Notes: a model not told the origin generated them from the sequence alone. Numbered from the stretch's first letter, positions 38,843 to 53,686 are shown. The stretch: DNA of 64,000 bases from Dehalococcoidia bacterium (GCA_965217625.1 OZ244557.1:208082-272081), one strand, 5' to 3'. A program made the numbers and translations.

Positions 38843-38928
38843 GCCGCGCTGGGATCTGTACGTGCGCGACGCCACCCTGAGCTCCGAAGGAGTGATAGAC
38901 TTAGCAACCAGCGAACGGGAAGGGTGCG

Positions 38929-39204
38929 ATGGTAGCCATGACGACGACTGACCTCAGCGCTCGCGTGACAGTCCTCAGCGATCACGTGACAGTCCTCAGC
39001 GATCACCTGACAGTCCTCAGTGATCGCGTGACAGGCCTCAGCGATCGCGTAACGCACGTTGAAGCATCGATCAGGCATCTCGCGACCAAGACCGACCTCG
39101 CCCAGGCGGAAACGCGGCTCACCCGCTGGACGGTCGCGACCATGCTTGCCGGCATGGCCGCCGCCGCGGCGATCGCCGCGGCCGTCGCCGCCCTCGCCGG
39201 CTAG
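38929..39204 (+). CDS. Small heptad-repeat protein (VTVLSDH x5) with a C-terminal TM helix. DUF1640-like C-terminus (LATKTDLAQAETRLTRW...).
   Basis: It is encoded across a 21-bp tandem DNA repeat. The C-terminus resembles the DUF1640 paralogs in this window. Confidence 0.35.
   Translation: MVAMTTTDLSARVTVLSDHVTVLSDHLTVLSDRVTGLSDRVTHVEASIRHLATKTDLAQAETRLTRWTVATMLAGMAAAAAIAAAVAALAG
38952..39060. repeat. About five tandem copies of a 21-bp unit (GTGACAGTCCTCAGCGATCAC and variants)
   Basis: Read directly. The copies differ by 1-2 nt each. Confidence 0.8.
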
Positions 39205-39239
39205 GACGCCGACACGCCCCAGCGCGCCCGGCCCCGCCC

Positions 39240-40958
39240 CTACGAATCCGCGGCGACCCCCGGCACGACCTCCACTTCGATGTCGTCCAGGAACGCCTCC
39301 GCCGGGTCGTCGCCGCCGTCCGACTCCGCCTCCGTCGGCACCCCGAACGCCTCCCCGAACTGCCGAAGCAACACGAACTGGTCGCCGTACTTGATGGCCC
39401 CCGCCGTGTTCTGCGCCGAGGCCAGCAGCAGCGTGTCCCGCATCGGCGAACTCGTGCGCCGGTAGTCCTGCAGGATGCACAGCCCGATCTCCTGGTTGTG
39501 CGGGTCGTTGCCGTGCTTCGCCGCCGCCACGGCCAGCGTCTGCACGAGCCGGTCGCGGTCGTGGTCCCCGTCCAGGTAGGCCTGCGTCCAGTCGATGCTC
39601 TCGTCGAGCTCCGTGGCCAGCAGCGCCGCCTCGAGCCGGCGCAGGATCTGCGGCCCCGAGAGCCGGTCCGACCCCTTCGGCGGCATCGCCTGCCGCGGGC
39701 CGTTCGGCACCCCGTCCATGACGACCATGGCGTCCGTCGAGCGGATGTGCCGCGCCGCCTGATTGATGAAGTTGGCCGCCACGAAGAGCAGCTTCGTGCG
39801 GTGCGGATGGTCGAAGCGGTCGTAGAACCAGTTGACCATGTTGCAGTATTCCATCGTGTGATGCGGCATCGAGAAGGCGTGCGGCGCCCGGGTCTCCAGC
39901 AGCACCCGCGCCGACGCGATCTGGATCGCGTCCATGATCGTGCGCGGCGACCGCCCGGCTCGCAGCAGCCCCACCAGCGGCTCGATGAAGTGCGCCTCGT
40001 CGCCGCGCAGGATCGCGTGGATCAGCGCCTCCGCCTCCGGCTGCGAGACCGGCGTCGTGTTGGCGAACAGGCGGCGGTCGGTGCCGGTCGCCACCGTGGC
40101 GGCCAGCGTCGACTCCGGCGCCTCCTCCTCCAGCTCGTTCAGCATGATCTGGCAGGCCGCCTCGAAGCTCGAATACCAGCGCGGGCCCACCGCCAGGTCG
40201 GGCACCGCCGCGTAGATCACGTGGTGCGCGTGCTCCCAGCCGATCGCCCGCCCCAGCTCGATCAACGACCGCTGGCGGTACGCCTTGTGCCCCGTCGTGT
40301 ACGACCGGTTCCAGATCATCCGGTCCTGCACGTCCATCAGCCCGGTGAACATCGTGTGCGCCAGCAACTCCTCGCGCCGGCCCCACAACTCCCACAGCCC
40401 CAGCCACAGCCGGTACGCCTCGTCCACCCGGCCCCACTCGACCAGCCGCTGCCAGCGCTCCACTTCCTCCTCGAAGCTGCCCTCCAGCGCCGCCGGCTCC
40501 TGGTCCTCCCAATGCACGACCGGCATCGCCGGGCCGTCGGGGTGCGCCGATGGGTCGTACGTGCGGCGCGCGTAGTGCCCCGGCATCTTGCCCAGCAGCT
40601 GGTTCCAGATGTCGAGCGAGCTGGGCACGTACCACGCGGTCTGCGCCAGCGGCAGGTGCCGCAGCGACTCCGGCATGAAGTCCTGCAACGACAGCGTCGC
40701 CCGCGCACTCAGCAGCGCGTGGTCGTTGTTGACGAAGCGCACGAAGCCGCCATCCATGCGCTGGTGGTAGGGCACATGCGTGTAGGGCGCGTGGATGCGC
40801 ACTGTCTCGCTGAGGATCTCCGTCGTCGGCCGGCCGTCCTGGATGAGGTCGAACGTGACCGCGCTCGCCCCCGCCGAGTCGCGCTCCAGCACGTGCTCCC
40901 GCAACTGCTCGTACTTGCCCGCGGTCTCACGGTCGGTGATCGATGGGGAGAGCGCCAT
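39240..40958 (-). CDS. Conserved-looking hypothetical protein (572 aa), His-rich with a possible metal-binding role. No family recognised.
   Basis: Long clean ORF with genome-typical codon usage. Contains HAPYTHVPYH, WEHAHHV, MPHHTMEY and FDHPHRTK motifs. Lies directly upstream, same strand, of the alcohol dehydrogenase gene. Confidence 0.5.
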   Translation of the reverse strand: MALSPSITDRETAGKYEQLREHVLERDSAGASAVTFDLIQDGRPTTEILSETVRIHAPYTHVPYHQRMDGGFVRFVNNDHALLSARATLSLQDFMPESLRHLPLAQTAWYVPSSLDIWNQLLGKMPGHYARRTYDPSAHPDGPAMPVVHWEDQEPAALEGSFEEEVERWQRLVEWGRVDEAYRLWLGLWELWGRREELLAHTMFTGLMDVQDRMIWNRSYTTGHKAYRQRSLIELGRAIGWEHAHHVIYAAVPDLAVGPRWYSSFEAACQIMLNELEEEAPESTLAATVATGTDRRLFANTTPVSQPEAEALIHAILRGDEAHFIEPLVGLLRAGRSPRTIMDAIQIASARVLLETRAPHAFSMPHHTMEYCNMVNWFYDRFDHPHRTKLLFVAANFINQAARHIRSTDAMVVMDGVPNGPRQAMPPKGSDRLSGPQILRRLEAALLATELDESIDWTQAYLDGDHDRDRLVQTLAVAAAKHGNDPHNQEIGLCILQDYRRTSSPMRDTLLLASAQNTAGAIKYGDQFVLLRQFGEAFGVPTEAESDGGDDPAEAFLDDIEVEVVPGVAADS

Positions 40959-41005
40959 GGTCGATGTCCTTCCCGCCCGCCTGGGGCGCCGGGGCGGCGC
41001 CGGGC

Positions 41006-42097
41006 TCAGAACTCCAGGATCGCGCGCCCGCTGATCCGGCCCGCCGCGAGCGCCTGCGTCGCCTCGCTGATCTCGTCGATACCGTAGCGAGCGGTCACCA
41101 GGGTATCAAGGTCCAGCTTGCCCTCCCGGTGCCAGGCCAGGAAGCGGGGGAAGTCCCGCTCCGGCACGCCCGACCCGCCCAGGCTGCCGATGAACCGCTT
41201 CTCGCCCCCCAGCAGCGGGAGCGGGCTGAGCGTCATGTCCGTCATCGGCACGCCCACCAGCACCGCCGTGCCGCCCCGCGTCACCCCGAAGTGCCCGCCC
41301 CGCACGGCCGGCACGATCTGCTCCATCGTCTGCCGCACGCCGATGCAGTCGAAGGCGAAGTCCGCCCCGCTCACCGGCTGCCCGGACACCCCGAACTCGC
41401 CCGGGCGCGGCGTCAGCGCGTGGACGGCCGCCACCGCGTCCTCCCGCGAGGCGTTGATGGTGTGTGTGGCCCCGAAGCGCCGCGCGAAGTCCAGCTTCGC
41501 GTCGTCGAGATCGACCGCGATGATCGGATCCGCGCCCACCACCGCCGCCCCAGCCACGGCCGACAGCCCCACGCCCCCCACGCCGAAGATCGCCACGCTC
41601 TGGCCCGCCTGCACGTCCGCAGAGGTCACGACCGCGCCCGCGCCCGTGATCACCGCGCAACCGATGATCGCCGTCACGTCGCGCGGCGTGTCCGGATCCA
41701 CCTTCACGACGTAACGGCCGTCGCAGATCGTGTGGTCGCCCCACGTGCTGGGCTGCATCAACCTCGCCGCGCCTTCGCCGACCGGGACGCGCGGCCGGGA
41801 GGGGGGCTCGGCCGCCGCCGCGGTGGTGCGCGGGACCCACGTCAGCAGCACCATGTCCCCCTCCGCCACGTGGCTCACCTCCGCGCCCGCCTGGAGCACC
41901 ACCCCCGTGCCCTCGTGCCCCAGCACCCGCGGTACCGGCTCCGGCATGTGCAGCTCGTGCAACTGCGAATGGCAGATGCCCGAGGCGAACTGCTTCACCA
42001 CCACCTGCGTGGGACCGGGGTCCGGCAGCGTGACGTCCTCCACCTGCAGTGTGTTCGTCCCGCCCGGCACCACCACTACTCGTGCGCGCGTTCCCAT
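41006..42097 (-). CDS. Zinc-dependent alcohol dehydrogenase (MDR superfamily)
   Basis: GHEGTGVV catalytic zinc motif and GxGxxG Rossmann motif (AIFGVGGVGLSAV). Start at MGTRARVVVV with RBS GGAAGGAG. Confidence 0.85.
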   Translation of the reverse strand: MGTRARVVVVPGGTNTLQVEDVTLPDPGPTQVVVKQFASGICHSQLHELHMPEPVPRVLGHEGTGVVLQAGAEVSHVAEGDMVLLTWVPRTTAAAAEPPSRPRVPVGEGAARLMQPSTWGDHTICDGRYVVKVDPDTPRDVTAIIGCAVITGAGAVVTSADVQAGQSVAIFGVGGVGLSAVAGAAVVGADPIIAVDLDDAKLDFARRFGATHTINASREDAVAAVHALTPRPGEFGVSGQPVSGADFAFDCIGVRQTMEQIVPAVRGGHFGVTRGGTAVLVGVPMTDMTLSPLPLLGGEKRFIGSLGGSGVPERDFPRFLAWHREGKLDLDTLVTARYGIDEISEATQALAAGRISGRAILEF

Positions 42098-42234
42098 GTC
42101 GGCTCCTTCCGTCGCGTGCGTCCGTGTTTCGCGGATGTTAGCGCCCCGTCCCCCCGTCGCGCGATACTGGGGTCGGGGCTTCCACCGGTCCCGGGTCGAG
42201 GCGGAGCGCGAATCTCCCGGAAGGGTGCGATGAG

Positions 42235-42582
42235 ATGGTGGTCCCGGTTTACGAACTTCTGCAGGGCGGAGCGCTCGTGACCCGCGAGGGCGCGACAAGG
42301 CTCGCGCCCCATCTGGCGGACGCCGTCGAGTCCTGCGACGGGACGCCCTGCTTGACCCTCGATCTTGCCGGCACCGTCGCGCTCGCCCCCGGCTTCTTCG
42401 ACGAACTCCTCGGCATCCTCACCGAACTCTCGGAGGGCCGCGTCCGCATCATCACGATCACCAACCCGCCCCGGCCTCTCGCCAAGAAGGACAGGACTGT
42501 CGCCCGACGTCGCGGCGCCGAGATCACGGAGGTCGGCGAGGCCGAGTGGGAGATCCGTCTCCCCGCCCCCGCGCCCGCCTAA
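42235..42582 (+). CDS. STAS-like small protein (DUF4325-like)
   Basis: LTLDLAGTVALAPGFFDELLGILTEL matches the DUF4325 pattern (..vvlDFegV..issSFldEl.g.l..). Confidence 0.4.
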   Translation: MVVPVYELLQGGALVTREGATRLAPHLADAVESCDGTPCLTLDLAGTVALAPGFFDELLGILTELSEGRVRIITITNPPRPLAKKDRTVARRRGAEITEVGEAEWEIRLPAPAPA

Positions 42583-42615
42583 CTCCCTCGCCCTACGGGC
42601 CCGGCCCCTTCGGGC

Positions 42616-43608
42616 TCAAGCGTCCCCCGTGCGACCGTAGTGCTCGCGGTCCGTGTCGGTCACTCCGTATCCGACACCCAACTCGATCCTCGATGCCACC
42701 GACAACTGCCGAACAGCATCGAGATCCTCGGTGGGAGTGTCACGTGTTTCCCCATACCAGCCCTCGTATAAGTCGCCGATCTCTGCGTTGAGCACCCGAC
42801 TAAGCGCCAGAAAGACCGTAGGGGCGTCATTCGCTATTTCCCGCACCCGGGTGCCCACGGCGCTCGACAGTTCGCCCAACTCGGGCTCCTGGTCAACACG
42901 ACTGACGAACGAATCGAACGTGCGCCAGCCCTCGTTCTGATCCGTTACGGCATGGCGCGCGAGTGCGCCCTGCAAGGAGCCGGTGACTCCGAGACCCCAG
43001 GGCTGCGGCAACAGCTTCCACACTTGGTCTTCGCGTTCGTGCGAGGAGAGCACGATGCCCGGTACGAGTTCGCTTGATCGGAGCGGGTTAGAGCGGCTCC
43101 GCACGGAGTCGAACAACACAGTGTAGCGACAGATATCGTAGAACGCCTCGACTTCACGTTCGGCGAGGAATGAGATCAACTCCTGGGTCGGTTCCACTTG
43201 CGCAATGACGTCGCCGATCGTGCGCAACGTCGCTCCGAGGTCTCCGCAGACGGCGGCCAGTGGAGCGAGGTATGCCGGCACGTATCGGTCAAGGCGGTCT
43301 CTGAACGCCATTGTGATCTTGAACGCTTGCTCTCTTCTCAGCCGCTCAGCCTTGTATGCGTGGTGGAGGCTCGTTCCGACGATCGAGAGCAGCGGCGTGA
43401 GCACACCCGTGACGACCACTGCCTTTGCCGTTTCATGACCCTGGTCTGGGAACAAGAGATCCCATGTGGCGAGGAAGAGAATCGCTACCACGAGCGATGC
43501 CAGCACCGAAAGCGTGATCGGTGCTGCATACGCACTCAGAGTGGAGCGGATTCTCCTCACCGTGTCTCCGGAAGTCCTGCCACTGTTGGGTTGGTGGCCC
43601 CCGACCAA
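42616..43608 (-). CDS. Hypothetical membrane protein (two N-terminal TM helices plus a cytoplasmic domain), low-GC
   Basis: Hydrophobic segments ITLSVLASLVVAILFLATW and AVVVTGVLTPLLSIVGTSL. No family recognised. GC is about 58%. Confidence 0.4.
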   Translation of the reverse strand: MVGGHQPNSGRTSGDTVRRIRSTLSAYAAPITLSVLASLVVAILFLATWDLLFPDQGHETAKAVVVTGVLTPLLSIVGTSLHHAYKAERLRREQAFKITMAFRDRLDRYVPAYLAPLAAVCGDLGATLRTIGDVIAQVEPTQELISFLAEREVEAFYDICRYTVLFDSVRSRSNPLRSSELVPGIVLSSHEREDQVWKLLPQPWGLGVTGSLQGALARHAVTDQNEGWRTFDSFVSRVDQEPELGELSSAVGTRVREIANDAPTVFLALSRVLNAEIGDLYEGWYGETRDTPTEDLDAVRQLSVASRIELGVGYGVTDTDREHYGRTGDA

Positions 43609-44130
43609 GTTCTGGCGCGAGAAGCGCTCGCCAGCTCTGAAGTGTCGGGCCTTACTGACGTGGTTGCCGGAGCGATGGTTGGGGAGGCGGCGTTCGGCGC
43701 GGTGGCGGAGCGGCTGGCGTCCGGGGTACAGGCCGCGGGGCCGGTGGCGGTACCCCTCGTGTGTAGGGGATGGGCCTCGGGGCCGGCGGAGGCGGCGGAT
43801 TCTCGGCCGATGGTGCTTGCACTGTCACTCCGACCCCCTTCTCTTTCCAGCGTCCTTGCCACTCGGACTGCCCGATTTCGGGACCGGGCGGGGCGGCGGC
43901 GGTGGCGCGCTGTCCCCGAGCCGTGTGGGCTTGGCGTCCCCGCCTTTGTTCGCCATCATCCCACTTTACTTCTTCGGAGGAGGCGGAGGAGGTTCTTGCG
44001 GTTTCGGGATCGGTCGCGGACTAGAGGGGTGAAGGGACCTCTCTTCGATCTCCAGCTCGGGTCTTGGATTCGGCATGATCGCAGGGTAGACCAGAGCGAC
44101 GCGACGGCGGCCTCGTTCTGTCACGACCCC

Positions 44131-45519
44131 CTACGGGCCCGTCATCTGCTCCGGCTGCACCCAGGCGTCGAACTGCTCTGGGGTGAGCAGGCCCAACTCG
44201 ACGCCCGTCTCCTTGAGCGTGGCGCCCCGCTCGTGCGCGGTCTTCGCGATCTTCGCGGCGTTGTCGTAGCCGATGTGCGGGTTGAGCGCCGTGACCAGCA
44301 TCAGCGACCGGCGCATCAGCTCGTCGATCCGCTCCCGGTTCGGCTCGATGCCGCGCACGCAGTTCTCCGTGAACGACGTCGCCGCGTCGCCCAGCAGGCG
44401 GATGCTCTGCAGGTTGTTGTAGGCCATCACCGGCTTGAACACGTTCAACTCGAAGTGGCCCGTCGCGCCGCCCACCGCGACCGTCTGGCCGTTGCCGATG
44501 ACCTGCGCGCAGACCATCGTCAGCGCCTCCGACTGCGTGGGGTTGACCTTGCCCGGCATGATGCTCGACCCCGGCTCGTTGGCCGGCAGCATCAGCTCCC
44601 CGATGCCCGCCCGCGGCCCCGAGCCCAGCAGCCGCACGTCGTTGGCGATCTTCATCAGCGACGCCGCCACCGTCGTCAGCTGGCCGGCCAGCTCGACCTG
44701 CGCGTCGTGCGCCGCCAGCGCCTCGAACTTGTTCGGCGCGGTCACGAACGGCAGCCCCGTCAGCGCCGCGATCTCCGCCGCCACCCGCTGGCCGTACTCG
44801 GGGTGCGAGTTGAGGCCCGTGCCCACCGCCGTGCCGCCCAGCGCCAGCTCGTAGAGCCGCGGCAGCGTGCCCTCGACCCGCGCGATGCCGTACGTCACCT
44901 GCTGCACGTAGCCCGAGAACTCCTGTCCCAGCGTCAGCGGCACGGCGTCCATCAGGTGCGTCCGCCCGATCTTCACGATCTCATCGAACGCCGACGCCTT
45001 CTCCTGCAGCGCGTCGCGCAGCGTGGTCAGCGACGGCGCCAGGTGGTTCACGACCTGCTCCGCCGTCGCCACAGACATCGCCCCGGGGAAGACGTCGTTC
45101 GACGACTGCGACATGTTGACGTGGTCGTTGGGGTGCACCGGCGTCTTCGAGCCGCGCTCGCCGCCCAGCAGCTCGATCGCCCGGTTCGAGATCGCCTCGT
45201 TGCCGTTCATGTTGCTCTGCGTGCCCGAGCCGGTCTGCCAGACGACCAGCGGGAAGTGGTCGTCGAGCGTGCCCGCGATCACCTCCTCGGCCGCCTGCCG
45301 GATGGCCGCCGCGCGCTCGGCGTCGAGCTTGCCCAGCGACTCGTTGGCGCTGGCCGAGGCGTGCTTGACGATGCCCAGCCCGCGGATGATCGGCCGCGGC
45401 ATGCGCTCGCCGCCGATCTTGAAGTTCTCCAGCGAGCGCTGCGTCTGCGCCCCCCAGTAGCGGTCGGCCGGCACCGCGATCTCGCCCATCGTGTCCGATT
45501 CGATTCGCACGTCGCTCAT
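44131..45519 (-). CDS. fumC: Fumarate hydratase class II
   Basis: GSSxMPxKxN signature ([11 protein letters not shown]). 462 aa. Confidence 0.95.
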   Translation of the reverse strand: MSDVRIESDTMGEIAVPADRYWGAQTQRSLENFKIGGERMPRPIIRGLGIVKHASASANESLGKLDAERAAAIRQAAEEVIAGTLDDHFPLVVWQTGSGTQSNMNGNEAISNRAIELLGGERGSKTPVHPNDHVNMSQSSNDVFPGAMSVATAEQVVNHLAPSLTTLRDALQEKASAFDEIVKIGRTHLMDAVPLTLGQEFSGYVQQVTYGIARVEGTLPRLYELALGGTAVGTGLNSHPEYGQRVAAEIAALTGLPFVTAPNKFEALAAHDAQVELAGQLTTVAASLMKIANDVRLLGSGPRAGIGELMLPANEPGSSIMPGKVNPTQSEALTMVCAQVIGNGQTVAVGGATGHFELNVFKPVMAYNNLQSIRLLGDAATSFTENCVRGIEPNRERIDELMRRSLMLVTALNPHIGYDNAAKIAKTAHERGATLKETGVELGLLTPEQFDAWVQPEQMTGP

Positions 45520-45598
45520 CTCGGCTCCTGACTGCGACGCCCCGGGGAGACCGGGGCGCCGTGCTCGTTCCTGCTTCGGGGCCCGGCGCCCGGCCGCC

Positions 45599-48887
<3,289 letters not shown>

Positions 48888-49072
48888 CGCTGCTCCTCGC
48901 CGCACGCCGCCGCGCCTGCGACCCGGCGGGACGCCCTCCGGCGGGGCCCTTCAGCTACGAAGGCAGCGACCGGGCGTCATTCTATCAACCGTGCGCCTGC
49001 GCGATGCATCGCGGCACACAGCGGTCGCGTCGCCCCGTCGATGGGAGGCCGGCCGATCAGAGCGCTGGCCTA

Positions 49073-50656
<1,584 letters not shown>

Positions 50657-50795
50657 CCCGGCCGCCGGCCCTCGCCGGGTGGCGTGCCGGACCGTCGGGC
50701 ATCCCCGCCCTCGGGGAAACCGGGCGGACCTTACTATAGCCGCTGCGCGCTGGTGCGCCGTCGCGGCGGCGTGGGCGCACTACACGGGTGCGGGC

Positions 50796-51287
50796 CTAGG
50801 TGAGCTTCACGATGGCGACGGCGACGGTGGCGACCGCGACGGCGACGGCGACGACGAAGCCGGCGAACCGCAACTGGAGCGCGTACATCTCCGCGCGCAG
50901 GGCCTGCAGGCCCTCCCGCAGTTCGCCGCGCAGCGCCGCCGCGTCTTCGCGCAGTTCCCCCCGCAGCGCCGCCGACTCTGCGCGCAGTTCCCCCCGCAGC
51001 GCGGACATGTCCTCGCGCAGCGCTGCCGTCTCTGCGCGCAACTCCCCCCGCAGCGCGGACATGTCCTCGCGCAGGCCCGCGATGTCTGCGCGGAGCGCCC
51101 CCGTCTCTTCGCGCAGTTCGCCGCGCAACTCTCCCACGTCGTTGCGCAGCGCGTCCACGTCGTCACGGCCCGGCGCGAACGCGTCCCCGATCACGGCCGC
51201 GATCGTCTCGGCCGCGGCCGGCGGCTGGTCCGCCTCGTCGCGGAGCCGTTGGGCTGCCCGGAGGGTGTCGAACGTCACGATGTGCAC
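50796..51287 (-). CDS. DUF1640-family coiled-coil/TM protein with an internal tandem expansion of ALRGELR(A/E)xxAALRED repeats
   Basis: The N-terminal 45 aa are near-identical to 35212-35463. The middle holds ALRGELRAETAALREDMS-type 11-aa repeats. It ends in the same hydrophobic tail. The DNA-level tandem repeat is at about 50927-51107. Confidence 0.6.
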   Translation of the reverse strand: MHIVTFDTLRAAQRLRDEADQPPAAAETIAAVIGDAFAPGRDDVDALRNDVGELRGELREETGALRADIAGLREDMSALRGELRAETAALREDMSALRGELRAESAALRGELREDAAALRGELREGLQALRAEMYALQLRFAGFVVAVAVAVATVAVAIVKLT

Positions 51288-51338
51288 AGCCTACACGACC
51301 CCGTCCGCCGCGGTCGCCGCCGAGGAGGCCGGGGGCGT

Positions 51339-51971
51339 CTAGCCGGGCGGCTCCGTGCGCCCCTCCTCCTCCTCCTCCTCCTCCTCCTCCGGCGGCGGCG
51401 GGATGATGATGATCTGCCCCACCTGCAGGTGGCCGGCCTCGAACTCGGTCAGGCCGTTGTACGACTGTAGGTCGAGGTAGTTGAGCCCCCGCGCCGCCGC
51501 GATGTCGCTCAGCGTGTCGCCCGACTGCACGATGTACTCCTCGCCCGGCGGCCGGCGGGGCCCCGCCGGCTCGGCGTCGCCGCCGTTCGTGGTCACCTGG
51601 ATGCGCTCGCCCCGCACGGGGATGCGCAGTTCGTCCCCCACCGACAGCACGCTGGGATCCGCGATCCCGTTCAGCCGTTGCAACTCCTCCGTCGTCACCC
51701 CCGCCGACTCCGCGATCAGCGCCAGCGTGTCGCCGGGCTGCACGATGTAGATCTCCTCCTGCAGCTCCTCCTGCTGCTCCTCGCCGAACAGTTCGTCGCC
51801 GCGGAAGATGTACGGCTCCGGCAGGACATCGGGGACCGCCTCGATCGGGATCGTCTCCGGGTCGGGGTTGGCCGTCACCGCCTCGGGCGGCGTCGTCGGC
51901 TCCTCGTCGCCCGAGCAGGCGACGCCCAGCAGCGCGACGATCGCCAGCGACCAGATCAGCGCAACCCGCAC
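51339..51971 (-). CDS. Secreted/lipoprotein with two LysM domains and a poly-Glu C-terminal tail
   Basis: LysM motifs IYIVQPGDTLALIAESAGVTTEELQRLNGI and YIVQSGDTLSDIAAARGLNYLDLQSYNGL. The signal with lipobox LLGVACSG favours a GTG start at 51971. The upstream GTG at 52076 is an alternative. Confidence 0.65.
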   Translation of the reverse strand: MRVALIWSLAIVALLGVACSGDEEPTTPPEAVTANPDPETIPIEAVPDVLPEPYIFRGDELFGEEQQEELQEEIYIVQPGDTLALIAESAGVTTEELQRLNGIADPSVLSVGDELRIPVRGERIQVTTNGGDAEPAGPRRPPGEEYIVQSGDTLSDIAAARGLNYLDLQSYNGLTEFEAGHLQVGQIIIIPPPPEEEEEEEEEGRTEPPG

Positions 51972-52072
51972 AGCCCCGGCTCCCGTCTTCTGCTGCCGCC
52001 TGCCCGGCGCGATCACCCCACCCCGCCCGGCCCCCGGCCCGGGATCCAGTCTACTCCCGATGGCCCCGGCCC

Positions 52073-53686
52073 TCACTCCGTCCCCACGACACAGGCCTCG
52101 GCGAGGGCCGGCTCGAGCGACGCGATCAGGCAGCCCAGCAGCCCGTGCGCCAGCCGCCCCACCGACGCCAGCCGCTCGGGCTCCACCGCCTCGAAGCGAT
52201 CCGCCGGCACGTGAATGGGGCCGCCCAGCACCGTGGGGAAGATGACCGGCACGCCGGCCTGCGCGAAGTTGAGGTGGTCCGATCCGATGCCCGGCGGCAG
52301 CGCCCCGGCGGCCAAGTCGATCTCCAGCGCCGCGCCCACCTCCTCCGCCAGCCCCACCAGCGGCTCGACGCCCACCAGCAGCAGCGCCGACCCCACGCCG
52401 GCCACGTCGAGGTTCAGCATCGCCGTCACGTCCTCGATCGCGCCCGAGTCGACCAGGCGCTGCACGAAGACCTTGGAGCCCAGGATGCCCGGGCTGCCGC
52501 CCACCGACTCCTCGGCCCCGAACGCCACGAAGCAGATCAGCCGGCCGCCGGCACTGTCCGCGTAGGCCCGCGCCATCTCCACGACCAGCGCCGTGCCGCT
52601 GGCGTTGTCGTTCGCCCCCATCACGCCGGGCACGGAGTCGTAGTGGCCGCCCACCCAGATCCGGCAGGCCCCGTCGGTGCGCCGGGCCACCACGTTCTGC
52701 GACTCCCCCGACAGCGGGTCGTAGCGGATCAGGACCTCCACCGTCACCTCCGTATCGGTCGCATCCGTCGTCTCCCCCGCCTGCGCGGCCTGCGCCGCCC
52801 GCTCCGCCCGGGTCACCAGCGTCTTCAGCGCCCCTGCCTGCGCCTGGCTGATCGACACCGCCGGAATCGCCGACGTCTCCCCCAGCGTGCCCGAGAACGG
52901 CCCCGGCTCGTTGTTGTAGATCATCACGCCGATCGCCCCCGCCGCGGCGGCGTTCGCGACCTTTTGCCGGAAGAACACCTGCCCCCGCTCGACCAGCGCG
53001 ACCGCCCCCTCGACGTCGACCGCGGCGAAGTCCTCGGCCGCGCCCATGCCCGGCACGACGACCAGCGGCGCGCTGAGGTCGCCCCCCGCCGAGCCGTGCA
53101 GCACCTCCGCGACGACCGGCCGCCCGTTCACCAGCACGCGGAACTCGTCGACGCGCAGGCTCTCGAGCGGCACCGACTGCAGCTCGACCGCGTACCCGAG
53201 CGACTCGAACTCCGCCGCCAGGAACGCCGCCGCAGCGCGCTCGCCGTCGGTCGCCTGCACCCGCCCGCCGATCGTCACTGACAGCATTTCCAGCACCCGC
53301 AGCGCGTTGTCGTTGTCGTAGGGCAGCGGCGCGACCGACAGTGCGACGGCCGCCGGTTCCTCCTCCGTGGGCGTGTCCTCTGGGTCGCCCGCGCCGGCCT
53401 CGTCGGTCTCCGCCTCGGCTGGCTCGGCGCGGGCCGGTTCCTCGTCCGCGGCGTCCTCGTCGCGCGCCTGCGCGGCGTCGTCGGCGTCGTCATCGGCATC
53501 GGCGTCGTCGGCCGCCTCCGCGTCGTCGCCCGCCTCGACCTCCGACGCGGCCCCGCCGGTCGCGTCCGCGTCGGGCCCTGCCCCGTCAGATGATGTGCCG
53601 GCGTCGCCCGGCGCGTCCGACCCCGAGCAGGCCGCGACCAGCCCGGCCGCCACGATGAGCGCCATCGCGGCCAGCAGCAGCCGCAT
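52073..53686 (-). CDS. M28-family aminopeptidase lipoprotein with a PA domain and an acidic N-terminal linker
   Basis: Lipoprotein signal MRLLLAAMALIVAAGLVAACSG. M28 zinc-ligand region HYDSV...NDNASG...EE. The remainder of the 1148-aa track ORF above 53686 is an artefact. Confidence 0.8.
   Translation of the reverse strand: MRLLLAAMALIVAAGLVAACSGSDAPGDAGTSSDGAGPDADATGGAASEVEAGDDAEAADDADADDDADDAAQARDEDAADEEPARAEPAEAETDEAGAGDPEDTPTEEEPAAVALSVAPLPYDNDNALRVLEMLSVTIGGRVQATDGERAAAAFLAAEFESLGYAVELQSVPLESLRVDEFRVLVNGRPVVAEVLHGSAGGDLSAPLVVVPGMGAAEDFAAVDVEGAVALVERGQVFFRQKVANAAAAGAIGVMIYNNEPGPFSGTLGETSAIPAVSISQAQAGALKTLVTRAERAAQAAQAGETTDATDTEVTVEVLIRYDPLSGESQNVVARRTDGACRIWVGGHYDSVPGVMGANDNASGTALVVEMARAYADSAGGRLICFVAFGAEESVGGSPGILGSKVFVQRLVDSGAIEDVTAMLNLDVAGVGSALLLVGVEPLVGLAEEVGAALEIDLAAGALPPGIGSDHLNFAQAGVPVIFPTVLGGPIHVPADRFEAVEPERLASVGRLAHGLLGCLIASLEPALAEACVVGTE

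Noticed and set aside
38835-38951. 38-codon ORF overlapping the MNT stop, as the HEPN partner
   Set aside because: The sequence MSEPRWDLYVRDATLSSEGVID... shows no Rx4-6H HEPN motif and is far too short. More likely a remnant or a chance ORF, so the MNT is treated as orphaned.
38952-39060. Possible CRISPR array (regular short repeats)
   Set aside because: The 21-bp units are directly tandem with no spacers and are in-frame coding heptads (VTVLSDH). This is a tandem repeat, not CRISPR. The 72-bp periodicity in the LRR genes is likewise coding repeats.
43609-44130. Structured ncRNA or riboswitch in the 520-bp gap before fumC
   Set aside because: No recognisable conserved riboswitch core motifs or strong terminator/antiterminator pairs by eye. 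Flagged only as an unexplained long intergenic region.
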